Assembly: GCA_943333275.1 (NCBI GenBank)
Contig: CALQSQ010000013.1
Span: forward strand, 1,975-65,974
Source of the DNA: Akkermansia muciniphila
GTDB taxonomy: Bacteria; Verrucomicrobiota; Verrucomicrobiia; Verrucomicrobiales; V1-33
DNA length: 64,000 nt
Reading direction: 5' to 3'
Part shown: one piece after another, positions 38,855-48,503 of the stretch
Position numbering within the stretch: the stretch's first letter is position 1
Layout: each line of letters starts with the position of its first letter
Translations under genes and position numbers: made by a program
Notes under the pieces: model-generated
What the model saw: only the letters and a program-made list of their open reading frames with translations
What the model was told of the DNA's origin: nothing
Databases searched by the model: none

Positions 38855-40057
38855 CTAATCGTCACCCTGTTTTAGGAACCGACGCCGATGCCAGACGAGC
38901 CAGATCAAGGCACACAGTCCCCAAGTCCACGCGGCATATTGATGATGGGAAATCAGGATCTTCGGCCAGAAATCAGCACTGGCCCGGGTGGTCGCGGCGA
39001 CGACGGCCATGAGGATCAGGATGCGAGGGGTCCAGGAAATTTTGGAAAACCCCGCGAGTTCACCGCCGTGACCAAAAAGCACGCGACTGGCGACGACCAG
39101 GATCAACAATCCAAAGCCACCGATGTACAGCAGGTGATCCAGCCCGACGTGGTGTTCATAACAGAATCCCGCAGTCGCCATTCCGAGCCATCCAATCCCC
39201 AGCGCCCAAAAAAGGCCGGTCGCGAGCGATCCCCGAGGTGAGGAGGCGGCCTCCCGGCGCCATTTTATCTCCATCAGGAGATAGACAGCGGCGGTTCCGG
39301 CGCGCAGCAGGTAGCCCGCCATGGGCGATCTGAAGGCTTCGAGAAAGAAACTTACAACAATCAACAAGGCCGCGAGGATCGCACCGGCGAGTTTGAAACG
39401 TTGTTGGTCCGAAGTTTTTGGTTCACCGAACTCTCCCCCGAGCATGCGCGGAAATAAAAATGACCCGATGCCCAGCACCGGTGGGAGCAGCAATCCCTGA
39501 TAAAGGAGCAGCCCGGCAAAGCGATCCATTTCCAGCGAGGCAATAAATTCGGGCTGTCGCAGCAGGATGGTTCCAGTAATTCCGCAAATCAGACCCGTCA
39601 GCCCCAGCACCATCTGCGGCGGCGGGGCGGAGGTTCGAAAACGCGCCACCCGGATCAGCAGGCCCGTGAGCAGGAGCACGAGCATCGCGATAAAACACCG
39701 ATCGGCCTCCTCAAGCATCAGCCGCAGGTGAAAGATCCCACCCGCACTATGCAGCGCGAAGAGTCCCAATAATTCAAAGGTGGAAAGCTTCGGTGCCGAC
39801 GCCATGCGGGGTCCGGCGGTGCCGAGAAATCCAACCACAAATGCCCCACCGAAACATTCCATCATGATTCTGGCGTGCGTTATACCCGGATAAAAGGGAA
39901 GCATGCCCGCATAAAACAGAGGCCAGAGCGACACCCCGATGATGCTCCAGACCGCCCCACTGAGAAAGAAGAGCCTGAAGGGTTCCGCAGCCAGCCAGGT
40001 CAGGCCTTTCGACTCCTGCGTCGCTTTCCTGGAATGTTTGCAGGCGGGAAATTTCAC
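38855..40057 (-). CDS. nnrS: NnrS family haem/copper membrane protein
   Basis: The N-terminal EPFRLFFLSGAVW motif and ~12 TM helices with conserved His residues fit NnrS. The ORF opens with GTG at 40057. Confidence 0.75.
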   Translation of the reverse strand: MKFPACKHSRKATQESKGLTWLAAEPFRLFFLSGAVWSIIGVSLWPLFYAGMLPFYPGITHARIMMECFGGAFVVGFLGTAGPRMASAPKLSTFELLGLFALHSAGGIFHLRLMLEEADRCFIAMLVLLLTGLLIRVARFRTSAPPPQMVLGLTGLICGITGTILLRQPEFIASLEMDRFAGLLLYQGLLLPPVLGIGSFLFPRMLGGEFGEPKTSDQQRFKLAGAILAALLIVVSFFLEAFRSPMAGYLLRAGTAAVYLLMEIKWRREAASSPRGSLATGLFWALGIGWLGMATAGFCYEHHVGLDHLLYIGGFGLLILVVASRVLFGHGGELAGFSKISWTPRILILMAVVAATTRASADFWPKILISHHQYAAWTWGLCALIWLVWHRRRFLKQGDD

Positions 40058-40066
40058 AATGTTGCC

Positions 40067-40642
40067 TTATTTCGATTCTGCCGAAGGACGGATTCGCATG
40101 GAAATTTCCAAGGCGGCAAACCGGTCCTCCAGACTGGTGCGATCCGGTGAATGGCACTTGAGGCACTGGTTTTGCAGGGGAATCACACCGGCAAACCGGA
40201 AGGTTCCATTTTCCACAGCAGTCATTTCCTTCTCCCCTCCCTTCACCGCCAACAGTGCCTTCCGCTGAAAGTCATCCTTCGCCTTGTTGTCCACGTTCAT
40301 GACGGTCTCATCGGATGCGAGCCAGCGAATGGTGACATGCCATTCCTCCTCCATAGCATTGAAGACATCCTTGAGCGATTCGGAAGGGATGGCTTTGCTG
40401 TCTCCCTTGTGGAAAAAATCGCGGTGCATGATTCGCAGTGATCCATGGATAACCGCGTGGAGAAGCTGGGCCCGTGCCCTGGCCTCGGTCGCTGTGGGCA
40501 GCGCGGACTCCTGCTTTATTTGAACAGTTGGTGATTTTTCATCGCCGCGAGCCCGCCGAATCCATAGGCTCGAAGCCCCCAGCATGCAGATCAGGAGCGC
40601 TGATCTAACCAATACAATCCGGATATTTTTGAACCATTCCAT
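40067..40642 (-). CDS. Membrane-anchored DUF3365 (Tll0287-like) haem-c sensor-type domain protein
   Basis: 191 aa counted from the ATG at 40642 (MEWFKNIRIV...). It has one TM helix, a PAS-like region and a single CLKCH. The rest of the ORF-track entry 40067-41239 overlaps the upstream gene and is rejected. Confidence 0.6.
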   Translation of the reverse strand: MEWFKNIRIVLVRSALLICMLGASSLWIRRARGDEKSPTVQIKQESALPTATEARARAQLLHAVIHGSLRIMHRDFFHKGDSKAIPSESLKDVFNAMEEEWHVTIRWLASDETVMNVDNKAKDDFQRKALLAVKGGEKEMTAVENGTFRFAGVIPLQNQCLKCHSPDRTSLEDRFAALEISMRIRPSAESK

Positions 40643-40715
40643 CGTCCTCCACCCATAAAGTTGTTCCCGCGGGGCAACAAGGGTAAAAAGCGTTGCATCT
40701 TGATCACGGTCAATT

Positions 40716-42527
40716 TTAACGGTCAAGGATGGATGAAGTTGCGCCCGATGTGGACGGTAGCTGCGGGATTTCAAACTCCATTGCCTCACCAGTGAGCGGG
40801 TGTCGGAAGGCCAGTTTATAGGCATGCAGTTGCATCGGGGGATCGGTGGGCAACAACGTTTGTTGCTGTCCCATGGCCCCCTTCGCAAGATACGTTGGAT
40901 CGCCGACGATCGGATGACCGAGATGCCAGAGGTGCAGTCGAATCTGATGCGTGCGACCCGTGATCGGCTTGGCCTGAAGCAGCGCGGTGCCGTCGGCGTT
41001 CCGCTGGAGGACGGTGAATTCAGTGCGGGCGGCCTGGCCGGAAGCATCCAGCGACCGGGCCCCGAGGTTCTCCGGATCGTCTTTGATGGCAGCGGTGGAT
41101 ACAAAAAAGTCTTTGGCGGGATGCCCGTGAACAAGAGCAGCGTAAAATTTCTCCACCTCCCCACGAATGAACTGCGGCTGCAGCAGCGAGGCCACATGGC
41201 GGGTTTGCGCCAGCAGCACAAGACCGCTGGTATTCGCATCCAGTCGATGCACCGGATGCGGTTTGCGAGGATGATAGATTTGCGCGAGCCAGTATTGGAG
41301 CGTGTTGCGGTTGAATCGTCCGCCGGGATGCATCGGCAGCGGGGCGGGTTTGTTGAGCACGATCAGGGCATCGTCTTCGTAGAGGAAGGTCACGTCCGCG
41401 CTGACGGGGGGCTCGATAAGTTTTGGGAGAAATTGATGAAACCGTTCCCCGGCCCTCACCCGCTGATCGGGACGCGCGGGTCGATTTTCAAGATCGCGCA
41501 GCTCTCCGGCCTCAAATAATTCCAACCATTTGCCGGCAGGATGATGCGGAAAACAACCGGTCAAAAATTCCAGCAGCGTCCCTCCGTCGAACGCGGTTGA
41601 AACACTCATGGGACGGTAGTTGTCATAGGCCACCGAGCCGGGCAGGGGCGTGGTGATTTGCAACAAGGCGTTTTGACGCTTCGCCAGCGTATCGGCCATC
41701 ACCTCCCCGGGTGCGCGGTAACAATGCGGGCAGGATTTCCCAATAATGTAATGAGGCGAAGCCTGATCCGCCGCACTGAGCGGTTCCTGGCATTTGTAGC
41801 ATTGCGTGGTGTCGGATTCGGCGAGATGGGAGTCAAGACCAACCCGTTGATCAAACACGAAACATTCACCATCGTAGTGGGCACCACCGCACTCCTCGAA
41901 ATATTTCAAGATGCCACCATCCAGTTGAAAAATGTGTTTGAATCCCTCCCGCTCCATGAACGGGCCGGCTTTTTCGCAGCGAATCCCACCTGTGCAGAAC
42001 ATTACGATCGGCTGCTCCTTCAGTGAGGCGGGCAGTTTTTCGACGGCTTTCGGAAAATCCCTGAAATGATCAATATGGGGAATCACCGCACCGCGAAAGG
42101 TTCCCAGGGCGATCTCGTAATCATTGCGGGTATCCAGCAGCGTGACGGGCCGGCCTTCATCCAGCCATTTTTTCAACTCCTGCGGGGCTAGTTTGGGCGA
42201 GGTGCGCTTGCCGGGATCAATCCCCGGGACTCCGAAGGCGATGATCTCCTTTTTAATCCGCACCAGCATGCGGCGGAAGGGTTGCTCTTCACTCAGGCTT
42301 TCCTTGGGGGTCAGATTTTCCAATCCGGGGAGCGATCGTAATTCCACCAGCAGTTTAGAGACGCCCTCCTGTGAGCCCGCCACGAAAAGGTTGACGCCCT
42401 CGGTGCTGAGCAGAATGGTCCCCTTTAAATTCGCGCCGCTGCAAAGCTCCCGGAGACGCTCGCGAAGCGACTTCAACTCCGTGAGCGGCGTGAACTGATA
42501 ACAGGAAATATTCGTGATGGGCATCAT
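40716..42527 (-). CDS. Fusion protein: TrhO/YceA-like rhodanese (tRNA U34 hydroxylase family) plus RluA-family pseudouridine synthase
   Basis: The N-terminal ~290 aa read ISCYQFTPL...TILLSTEGVN...LLDTRNDYE...FCTGGIRCEKA...Cys-rich tail. The C-terminal half reads LNKPAPLPMHPGG...HRLDANTSGLVLLA...GRTHQIRLHL. The start is ATG 42527 or 42524. Confidence 0.8.
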   Translation of the reverse strand: MMPITNISCYQFTPLTELKSLRERLRELCSGANLKGTILLSTEGVNLFVAGSQEGVSKLLVELRSLPGLENLTPKESLSEEQPFRRMLVRIKKEIIAFGVPGIDPGKRTSPKLAPQELKKWLDEGRPVTLLDTRNDYEIALGTFRGAVIPHIDHFRDFPKAVEKLPASLKEQPIVMFCTGGIRCEKAGPFMEREGFKHIFQLDGGILKYFEECGGAHYDGECFVFDQRVGLDSHLAESDTTQCYKCQEPLSAADQASPHYIIGKSCPHCYRAPGEVMADTLAKRQNALLQITTPLPGSVAYDNYRPMSVSTAFDGGTLLEFLTGCFPHHPAGKWLELFEAGELRDLENRPARPDQRVRAGERFHQFLPKLIEPPVSADVTFLYEDDALIVLNKPAPLPMHPGGRFNRNTLQYWLAQIYHPRKPHPVHRLDANTSGLVLLAQTRHVASLLQPQFIRGEVEKFYAALVHGHPAKDFFVSTAAIKDDPENLGARSLDASGQAARTEFTVLQRNADGTALLQAKPITGRTHQIRLHLWHLGHPIVGDPTYLAKGAMGQQQTLLPTDPPMQLHAYKLAFRHPLTGEAMEFEIPQLPSTSGATSSILDR

Positions 42528-42590
42528 TTCAGATGCCTGAGATGAACGCAAAGTCTCCTCCGCGCAAGAACGCATCCCGTTGCCTCACGA

Positions 42591-44255
42591 TTACTTGGTC
42601 TGAACCCGGGTGACGCGGCCGTTGTTTTGTGGATTGAGATCGGTGGTGCCCTGGGGAACAATCAACCGGCTCCCAAATTGCACTCCGGCGGGTAGGTCCG
42701 CGGCATTTACCGGCACGGAAATGGAGGTGACCGCATTGGGCTGGAGCAGCGGGAGTGTCCAGATTTGATTCTGCCCGCCGGTACTTGTTTCCAACTGCCA
42801 GTTCACTCCCAGCGTGGTGCCTTGATTCTGCACGACATACTGCATGGTGGGCCCGACGCTGGCATTGAGGTCGAAATAGTTGGCGGTGACGGCCAGGTCG
42901 TTGCGATTGGGCACGCCGCGGTGGAGCACGCGGTCCACGTTGATGATGCCGTAGCCGTAGTCGGCATCCACGCCCGCCGCACCGCCATCATTGGCGTAGG
43001 TAATGAGCAGGTCTGCGGCATCGCGGGCGGACATACCAGGATAGGCGGACATGACGCTGGCGATAGCCCCAGTGACGAACGGGGCGGCGGCAGAGGTTCC
43101 AGAAAAGGCCTCGAACTGTTCGCCGGGAACTGCCGCCGTCACTTCCAAGCCGGGGGCGGTGAGTCCGTAATTTTGACTCGCATTGGAAAAGGAAACGACC
43201 TGTCCATAAACGTCGATCGCACCCACGCCAATCACCCCCTCGTAACGGGCGGGATAGGTGGAGTTCGTGTAGCCGTCATTGCCATTCGAGGCCACGATCA
43301 CGGCACCCAATTGCTGGGCATAGGCCACCGACTCCGCCAGATAACTGCTGTCCCCATACGAACCCAGGCTGATGTTGAGGATGCGGGCTCCTGCGTCCGC
43401 CGCAGCGCGAATCCCCAGACCCAGCGTAAAGGAATCACTCATGCCATCCGCTCCCACCACCGCCATGCTTAAGAGCGAACTGCCCGGGGCCACTCCATTG
43501 ATGCCGCCGGCAATGGACGCCACCGCGGTGCCGTGACTGATGTCGGCCGAAGCCTGCTCGGCCAGTTGCTTGGAAGTGAGGCGATTTCCAAATACCGATT
43601 CCGGCGAAACCGCGCTGTCCAAAACCGCTATTTTCACCCCCTTGCCATAATTGGCATTGTTGGAAACACCGATGTAATCAAGGCCGGAACTACCGAAGGG
43701 AACATTGTTCGAATTGGAGCGATCGGCCGCGCTCGGAACCTCCGGGGGCGCGACCATATAATTAGCCGCGACTTTGGTGCCCTCATCCGCATGATCGCCG
43801 AGGTACTTTTTGAGATCCGAAGATTTGTCATAACCCACCCTCACTACAAGGCTGTCGGGGTCCATTCCTTTCACTTTCAATCCGGCGGCGGCGGCATCCG
43901 CGAGGAATTTGTCATAGGCAGCCTTGTCGCGGAAGGTCAGCAGGGCCTCGTTGGAAATGGCGCCTCTGTGGGTCAGGTCCTCCTGGTATTTCAGCCAGTT
44001 GGCCAGCATTTCACCCATCCATCCACCTGAGCCAGTTGTCTCGATGGGCTTCACCGCCGGTTCGTCGGCGGTTTCGGAAGCCACGGAGGGAGATCCGGCC
44101 TCCCGCTGTCCGACCACTCCCTTTTCCCTGGCTGGAGACTCCGCCCAGGCGAACGCCCAATGCTTTCCGGCATAAGTAAATAAAAAGAACACGCCCACCA
44201 TCGCCGACAACAAAAGCAGGAAAGGAACAAGGTAGGGACGGAGGGAGGGGGACAT
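42591..44255 (-). CDS. Secreted S8 (subtilisin-like) serine peptidase
   Basis: The catalytic triad contexts are GVKIAVLDSAV (Asp), HGTAVASIAGG (His) and SGTSAAAPFVTGAIA (Ser). An N-terminal TM/signal segment is present. Confidence 0.85.
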   Translation of the reverse strand: MSPSLRPYLVPFLLLLSAMVGVFFLFTYAGKHWAFAWAESPAREKGVVGQREAGSPSVASETADEPAVKPIETTGSGGWMGEMLANWLKYQEDLTHRGAISNEALLTFRDKAAYDKFLADAAAAGLKVKGMDPDSLVVRVGYDKSSDLKKYLGDHADEGTKVAANYMVAPPEVPSAADRSNSNNVPFGSSGLDYIGVSNNANYGKGVKIAVLDSAVSPESVFGNRLTSKQLAEQASADISHGTAVASIAGGINGVAPGSSLLSMAVVGADGMSDSFTLGLGIRAAADAGARILNISLGSYGDSSYLAESVAYAQQLGAVIVASNGNDGYTNSTYPARYEGVIGVGAIDVYGQVVSFSNASQNYGLTAPGLEVTAAVPGEQFEAFSGTSAAAPFVTGAIASVMSAYPGMSARDAADLLITYANDGGAAGVDADYGYGIINVDRVLHRGVPNRNDLAVTANYFDLNASVGPTMQYVVQNQGTTLGVNWQLETSTGGQNQIWTLPLLQPNAVTSISVPVNAADLPAGVQFGSRLIVPQGTTDLNPQNNGRVTRVQTK

Positions 44256-44770
44256 GGGGTGCTGGGGCTAACGCCGCTTCGCGGAAAAAGTTGTGGGCAC
44301 ATCGTTTGACCGACGGTCTGCCGGTTTGTTCAGACAACGTGTGCCCCTACTGTGGCACAAACCCCCCGATGTGCAATCCCGTCGAAATTCCGATGCCCAC
44401 GCCCTCCCTCAGGTCATGGGTCCGAACCAACCTGGCGGGATCATGAGCGGGGAAACTTAGGCAAGTCCAAGGAAAGGCACCTGTCTGCGCGATGCGGAAC
44501 CATAGAGAATCAGCGCATAAATTCATTTTCGCTCACGAGCATTTAAGTGCGTCCATTTCCGCACAGCACCCACCATTCCTTTCCCCGTGTTGCGGAATTT
44601 GTCATGGTTCTTGTCACCATGCCTTTTCTGCAAAATTGGGAGCAAGGCCACCGCCACCCAGAGGCCGTGCTGGAGTCACTCCACGTCTAACCTCGCCACT
44701 GGAGCAACTTTCATGGAAGGGAATGTGGAAACATGTTGAAATGCGAAGCAGCTTGGCATAGTTTGGGCGC

Positions 44771-45172
44771 GTGAACAATCTGTCAGCAACTTCTGACGCC
44801 GCCGCGTCCGCAATTTCAGACCACTACCGTGCCTTGGGTGCGCTGGGCGGGCGGGTATCTTCCCCCGCCAAGACGCGGGCTGCGCGTGCGGCTGCACGCA
44901 AACGTTGGGGCCATCCTGATCCCGTGCCGAAACCGCTGTCACCATCCCGTCTGAAGGACGGATCTTGGTATCAAGGTGTTGGTCGCAACGGCTTCTTGGC
45001 AATGTGGGACGGGAAACAAAAATGCTTTTGGATCATGATCGTGAGCGATTTGCCTGATCCCAGCGCCTACCCGACGGGAAGCAGTCGGATCGTGCGTTTG
45101 AAGCAGGAGGGGCATGTTTCCCATGAAGGAGGAACGTTTGCTCCCATGAATCTTGTCCGCCAAAAGGCCTAA
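44771..45172 (+). CDS. Orphan hypothetical ORF in an AT-richer non-coding island
   Basis: 133-aa ORF that opens with GTG. Its basic N-terminal stretch is LGGRVSSPAKTRAARAAARKRWG. No family is recognised and coding status is doubtful. Confidence 0.25.
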   Translation: MNNLSATSDAAASAISDHYRALGALGGRVSSPAKTRAARAAARKRWGHPDPVPKPLSPSRLKDGSWYQGVGRNGFLAMWDGKQKCFWIMIVSDLPDPSAYPTGSSRIVRLKQEGHVSHEGGTFAPMNLVRQKA

Positions 45173-45403
45173 TTCCATGGCCTTCAGTTCGCGGTCTAAG
45201 CCATTTCCCTATCCGGCTCTGGTTTCCATGAAAATGGTAGTTAATTGGTAGATTCCGCGCAACGAACCCCCATTCCGCAGAGGATTTTCCCTTCATTCTC
45301 GAACTCAAAGAACCCCAATTGCTTCCTTCTTTCATCTGTGATGAGAGATGGCCATTTTTATTTACCAGCAGATGGCACCGACTATTCGATCGAGGCCCTG
45401 TGC

Positions 45404-46354
45404 CTACACCCTTTTCAGCCGCTGAAGGTTGGCTTGGTAAACTGCGGGGTCCCGGACTGTCTGGCTGGTGGGAAGGGGCCGGGCGACGAGGATGCCGAGG
45501 TTGCTGGTGTAGGTTTGAAGGTAGTTGGAAATGGTCTCATCCACGGTCACCTTTTTGAAATTCGAGGAGGCGTGCATGAAATGCGCCGCACCGTCCGAGG
45601 AGGGTCGGAGGATGAGGCCGACGTGGGAACAGACGCCGCCCTGGCCTTTGGAAACGATGCCGATGATGTCGCCATTGCGAAGTTTGGGCTCGATGCTCCT
45701 GACCTTCGCTTTGGGAATGTAGCGCACCGGCAGGGCGCTGATTTCCTCCTCAAGAGCGGCCATTTTCGGCCTCAGGTCGGGATTTTTGCGCAGGTAGCGG
45801 TAGCTTTTCCAGAGCACGGTCATCTCCCGGCTCTCACGGCCGACCAGCGGAACATCGACTCCCAACTGGGCTGTCAGGTCCACGATGTTGCCCCGGGCGG
45901 CGTTGTCCAGATACCATTCGTTGAGGTAATGGATGCGTTCCAGATAACTTCCAGTGCAGCGTCCGGCCCGGTAGCGCGTCCATTGAATCTCCGCGAGGAG
46001 GTCCTGCGGTGCGTATTGCGCTTTCGGGCGTTCGAGCATCCGGGCCAGTCCCAGAACGGTTTCAAAAAACGTCCAGCAATCCAGCCCTTCGAAATTCGCC
46101 GAGGGGGCCTCGATGCGGTCATCGATCTCCAGGGTGTAACCGACGTAGGGCGTGTTATTCAACTCCAGTGCCAGTAGCGTCATGCGATGTCCAATGGGCT
46201 TCGCAACCCAGTTTTGGGCCGTGGCCTTGGCGACGATGGCGGCAAATTTCTCCCTGCCGATGCAGGTTCTGGCCAGGGGCAAACTTTCCGCCGCAGTATT
46301 TCCCGCAGCCAAGCCCAGTCCCGTGAGGGTTCCAAGAAAAGTTCTGCGTTGCAT
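45404..46354 (-). CDS. TAT-signal DUF1460-like protein (NlpC/P60-fold amidase-like)
   Basis: The signal MQRRTFLGTLTGLGLAAG is followed by ...EGLDCWTFFETVLGLARM... and ...VCSHVGLIL..., which resemble DUF1460. Confidence 0.6.
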   Translation of the reverse strand: MQRRTFLGTLTGLGLAAGNTAAESLPLARTCIGREKFAAIVAKATAQNWVAKPIGHRMTLLALELNNTPYVGYTLEIDDRIEAPSANFEGLDCWTFFETVLGLARMLERPKAQYAPQDLLAEIQWTRYRAGRCTGSYLERIHYLNEWYLDNAARGNIVDLTAQLGVDVPLVGRESREMTVLWKSYRYLRKNPDLRPKMAALEEEISALPVRYIPKAKVRSIEPKLRNGDIIGIVSKGQGGVCSHVGLILRPSSDGAAHFMHASSNFKKVTVDETISNYLQTYTSNLGILVARPLPTSQTVRDPAVYQANLQRLKRV

Positions 46355-46368
46355 GGGGTGAAGGGATT

Positions 46369-46941
46369 TCAGGGGATGATACTGACGGACGTGCCCAGGA
46401 CCGCGTTCTCATAGAGTTTCTCGGCGATGTAGGCAGGCAGGCGGATGCAGCCGTGCGAGGCGGTGGAGCCGGGATGCGGAATGTAGCCGGCGTGCATGCC
46501 CACTCCGTAGCTGGTCAGGCGCATCCAATGGGGCATCTTGGCCCCGACAAATTTCCCGCCCTCTGGAATCTTGCTCACGCCATTGGTGGCGTCGGAATTG
46601 ATCACATCTCCATCGGCGTTCACGATGACCCCAAACCGGTTCGATGACTTGTCCGCGATCTTTTCGAGAACGCTGAAACTGCCCGTCGGGGTCGGGCGCG
46701 AGGACACTCCGGTGGCGACATACGTCCAGCCGACGTTCTCCTTGCCCTTGAAGAGCTGGGCTTTTTGCTCCGAGAGATTGATCCTCACCTTCAGCGGTCC
46801 GGATACCTCATCCCCTTTCCAATCATACAATTGAGGGGGCGCGGCTGGGGCGGTCTCTGCGACCACTTTCGCCGTGGGCGTGCGGCATGCATTCAAGCTG
46901 AAGACAACAAGAACGGAGAGGCAGGTCAGGGGCAATCGCAT
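46369..46941 (-). CDS. L,D-transpeptidase (YkuD domain) lipoprotein
   Basis: Lipobox VFSLNAC, plus the catalytic motif HGCIRLP near the C-terminus. Confidence 0.85.
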   Translation of the reverse strand: MRLPLTCLSVLVVFSLNACRTPTAKVVAETAPAAPPQLYDWKGDEVSGPLKVRINLSEQKAQLFKGKENVGWTYVATGVSSRPTPTGSFSVLEKIADKSSNRFGVIVNADGDVINSDATNGVSKIPEGGKFVGAKMPHWMRLTSYGVGMHAGYIPHPGSTASHGCIRLPAYIAEKLYENAVLGTSVSIIP

Positions 46942-47163
46942 AAAAAATGATGTGTTTGGAGGGGCAGAAATGGCGCCCTGCAGCCTGGCCGAATCTGCGG
47001 GGACGAATCAACTCAGACGATGATCCTGATTTGGTGGCTGCCAAGCAAATTTTGCCACAAATCAACGGAGAGGTGTGGGGAATGAAATCGCATCACCACG
47101 GGCTTCACTTAATGCGGGCAACTTTCCCCTCGCGTCGCGTCCCTGCATCGCTATCGCTGACGC

Positions 47164-48366
47164 ATGATTCTGCAACTCGCCTCGCGCATCCTTGGCACCG
47201 TGGACCCGAAGCTGATGACCACGCTGGCGTGGAATTTTGGCTTCAAAGGGGCGCGCAGCGTCATGCTTTTCAAACAACGCCTCAAGAAAGGCATTGTTTT
47301 CCCGCCCTTTCTCTACCTGAGCATCATCAATTCCTGCAATCTCCGTTGCCAGGGCTGCTGGGTGGATGTGACGGCCCCGCGCAATATGATCTCGCTGGAT
47401 GAACTCAACCGGCTCGTCAACGATGCCCGTGAGCACGGCAACAGTTTCTTCGGCGTGCTCGGGGGTGAACCCCTGCTGCATCCCCAGTTGCTGGATTTCT
47501 TCGCCCAGCATCCGGACTGCTATTTCCAGCTTTTCACCAACGGCCAGATGATCACCGAGAAGGTGGCCAGACAACTGCGCCAGCTGCGCAACATCACGCC
47601 GCTCGTGAGCATTGAAGGCACCGAGGGCGTGAGCGATCTTCGACGGGGAAACAAGGACGTTCTGACACGGACGCTGCGCGGCCTGAGAAACTGCCTTGAT
47701 CAGAAACTGCTCACCGGCGTCGCCACCAGCCTCTGCCAGACGAACATCGATGACCTGCTGACGGAACGCTGGCTCAAGCAACTCATCACCTGGGGAGTCC
47801 ACTACGCCTGGTATCACACCTACCGGCCCGTCGGCCCGAATATCGCCCAGGAACTGGCGCTGCGGCCGGATCAGCTCATCCGCATCCGCGAGTTCGTGAC
47901 TTCGATGCGCGCAAAACTGCCCATTGCGCTGATCGATGCCTATTATGACGACAAGGGCCAGGCGCTCTGCCCCATGGCCACCGGCATCTCCCACCACATC
48001 AGCCCCAGCGGTGCCGTGGAACCTTGCCCGATCATTCAATTCGCCAAGGAAAATGTGAAGGACGCGCGCGGCATCTACGACGTCCTGACCAAATCCGATT
48101 TCCTCAAGGATTTCCGCGAAGTCACCGCCAAACACACCCGCGGCTGCATCGTCCTCGAACGCCCGGACATCGTCAAGCAACTCGCCCTCAAACACAGCGC
48201 CCCCGATACCACCGTCCGCCAGACCGCCATCGCCGAACTCGACTCCATGCAACCCCGCACCAGTCAGCACCTGCCCGGGCAGGAGGTTCCCGAGAAACAT
48301 TGGATGTATCGCCTCGCGAAGAAATATTTCTTCAATGACTTCGGGGCGTATGGGCCTGGGAAGTAG
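47164..48366 (+). CDS. Radical SAM enzyme (function unknown)
   Basis: The CxxxCxxC cluster motif SCNLRCQGCW is followed by GGEPLLHP and a TIM-barrel-like periodicity. 400 aa. Confidence 0.8.
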   Translation: MILQLASRILGTVDPKLMTTLAWNFGFKGARSVMLFKQRLKKGIVFPPFLYLSIINSCNLRCQGCWVDVTAPRNMISLDELNRLVNDAREHGNSFFGVLGGEPLLHPQLLDFFAQHPDCYFQLFTNGQMITEKVARQLRQLRNITPLVSIEGTEGVSDLRRGNKDVLTRTLRGLRNCLDQKLLTGVATSLCQTNIDDLLTERWLKQLITWGVHYAWYHTYRPVGPNIAQELALRPDQLIRIREFVTSMRAKLPIALIDAYYDDKGQALCPMATGISHHISPSGAVEPCPIIQFAKENVKDARGIYDVLTKSDFLKDFREVTAKHTRGCIVLERPDIVKQLALKHSAPDTTVRQTAIAELDSMQPRTSQHLPGQEVPEKHWMYRLAKKYFFNDFGAYGPGK

Positions 48367-48503
48367 CCTGGTGATCATGAGATGGAGACGGTTTCCCGAT
48401 CCGGTGGTCTGGCTCACGCACACGCCTGTCCTTTCTGCTTGCCGGATTCGAGCCGGATGTTTACGAATAAGCTGATTTCAAACTAAAATAATTCACATCG
48501 ACT

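Noticed and set aside
40643-41239. The upstream part of ORF 40067-41239 (minus strand).
   Set aside because: It overlaps the 3' end of the TrhO-RluA gene in another frame and has an unstructured, Pro/Arg/Ser-rich translation. A sensible start (MEWFKN..., followed by a TM helix) exists at 40642.
45236-45271. A tRNA-like fragment (TTAATTGGTAGA D-loop-like, then ACGAACCCCC).
   Set aside because: No acceptor stem, anticodon arm or GTTCGAATC-type T-loop can be folded. The distance between the two pieces is too short for a tRNA.
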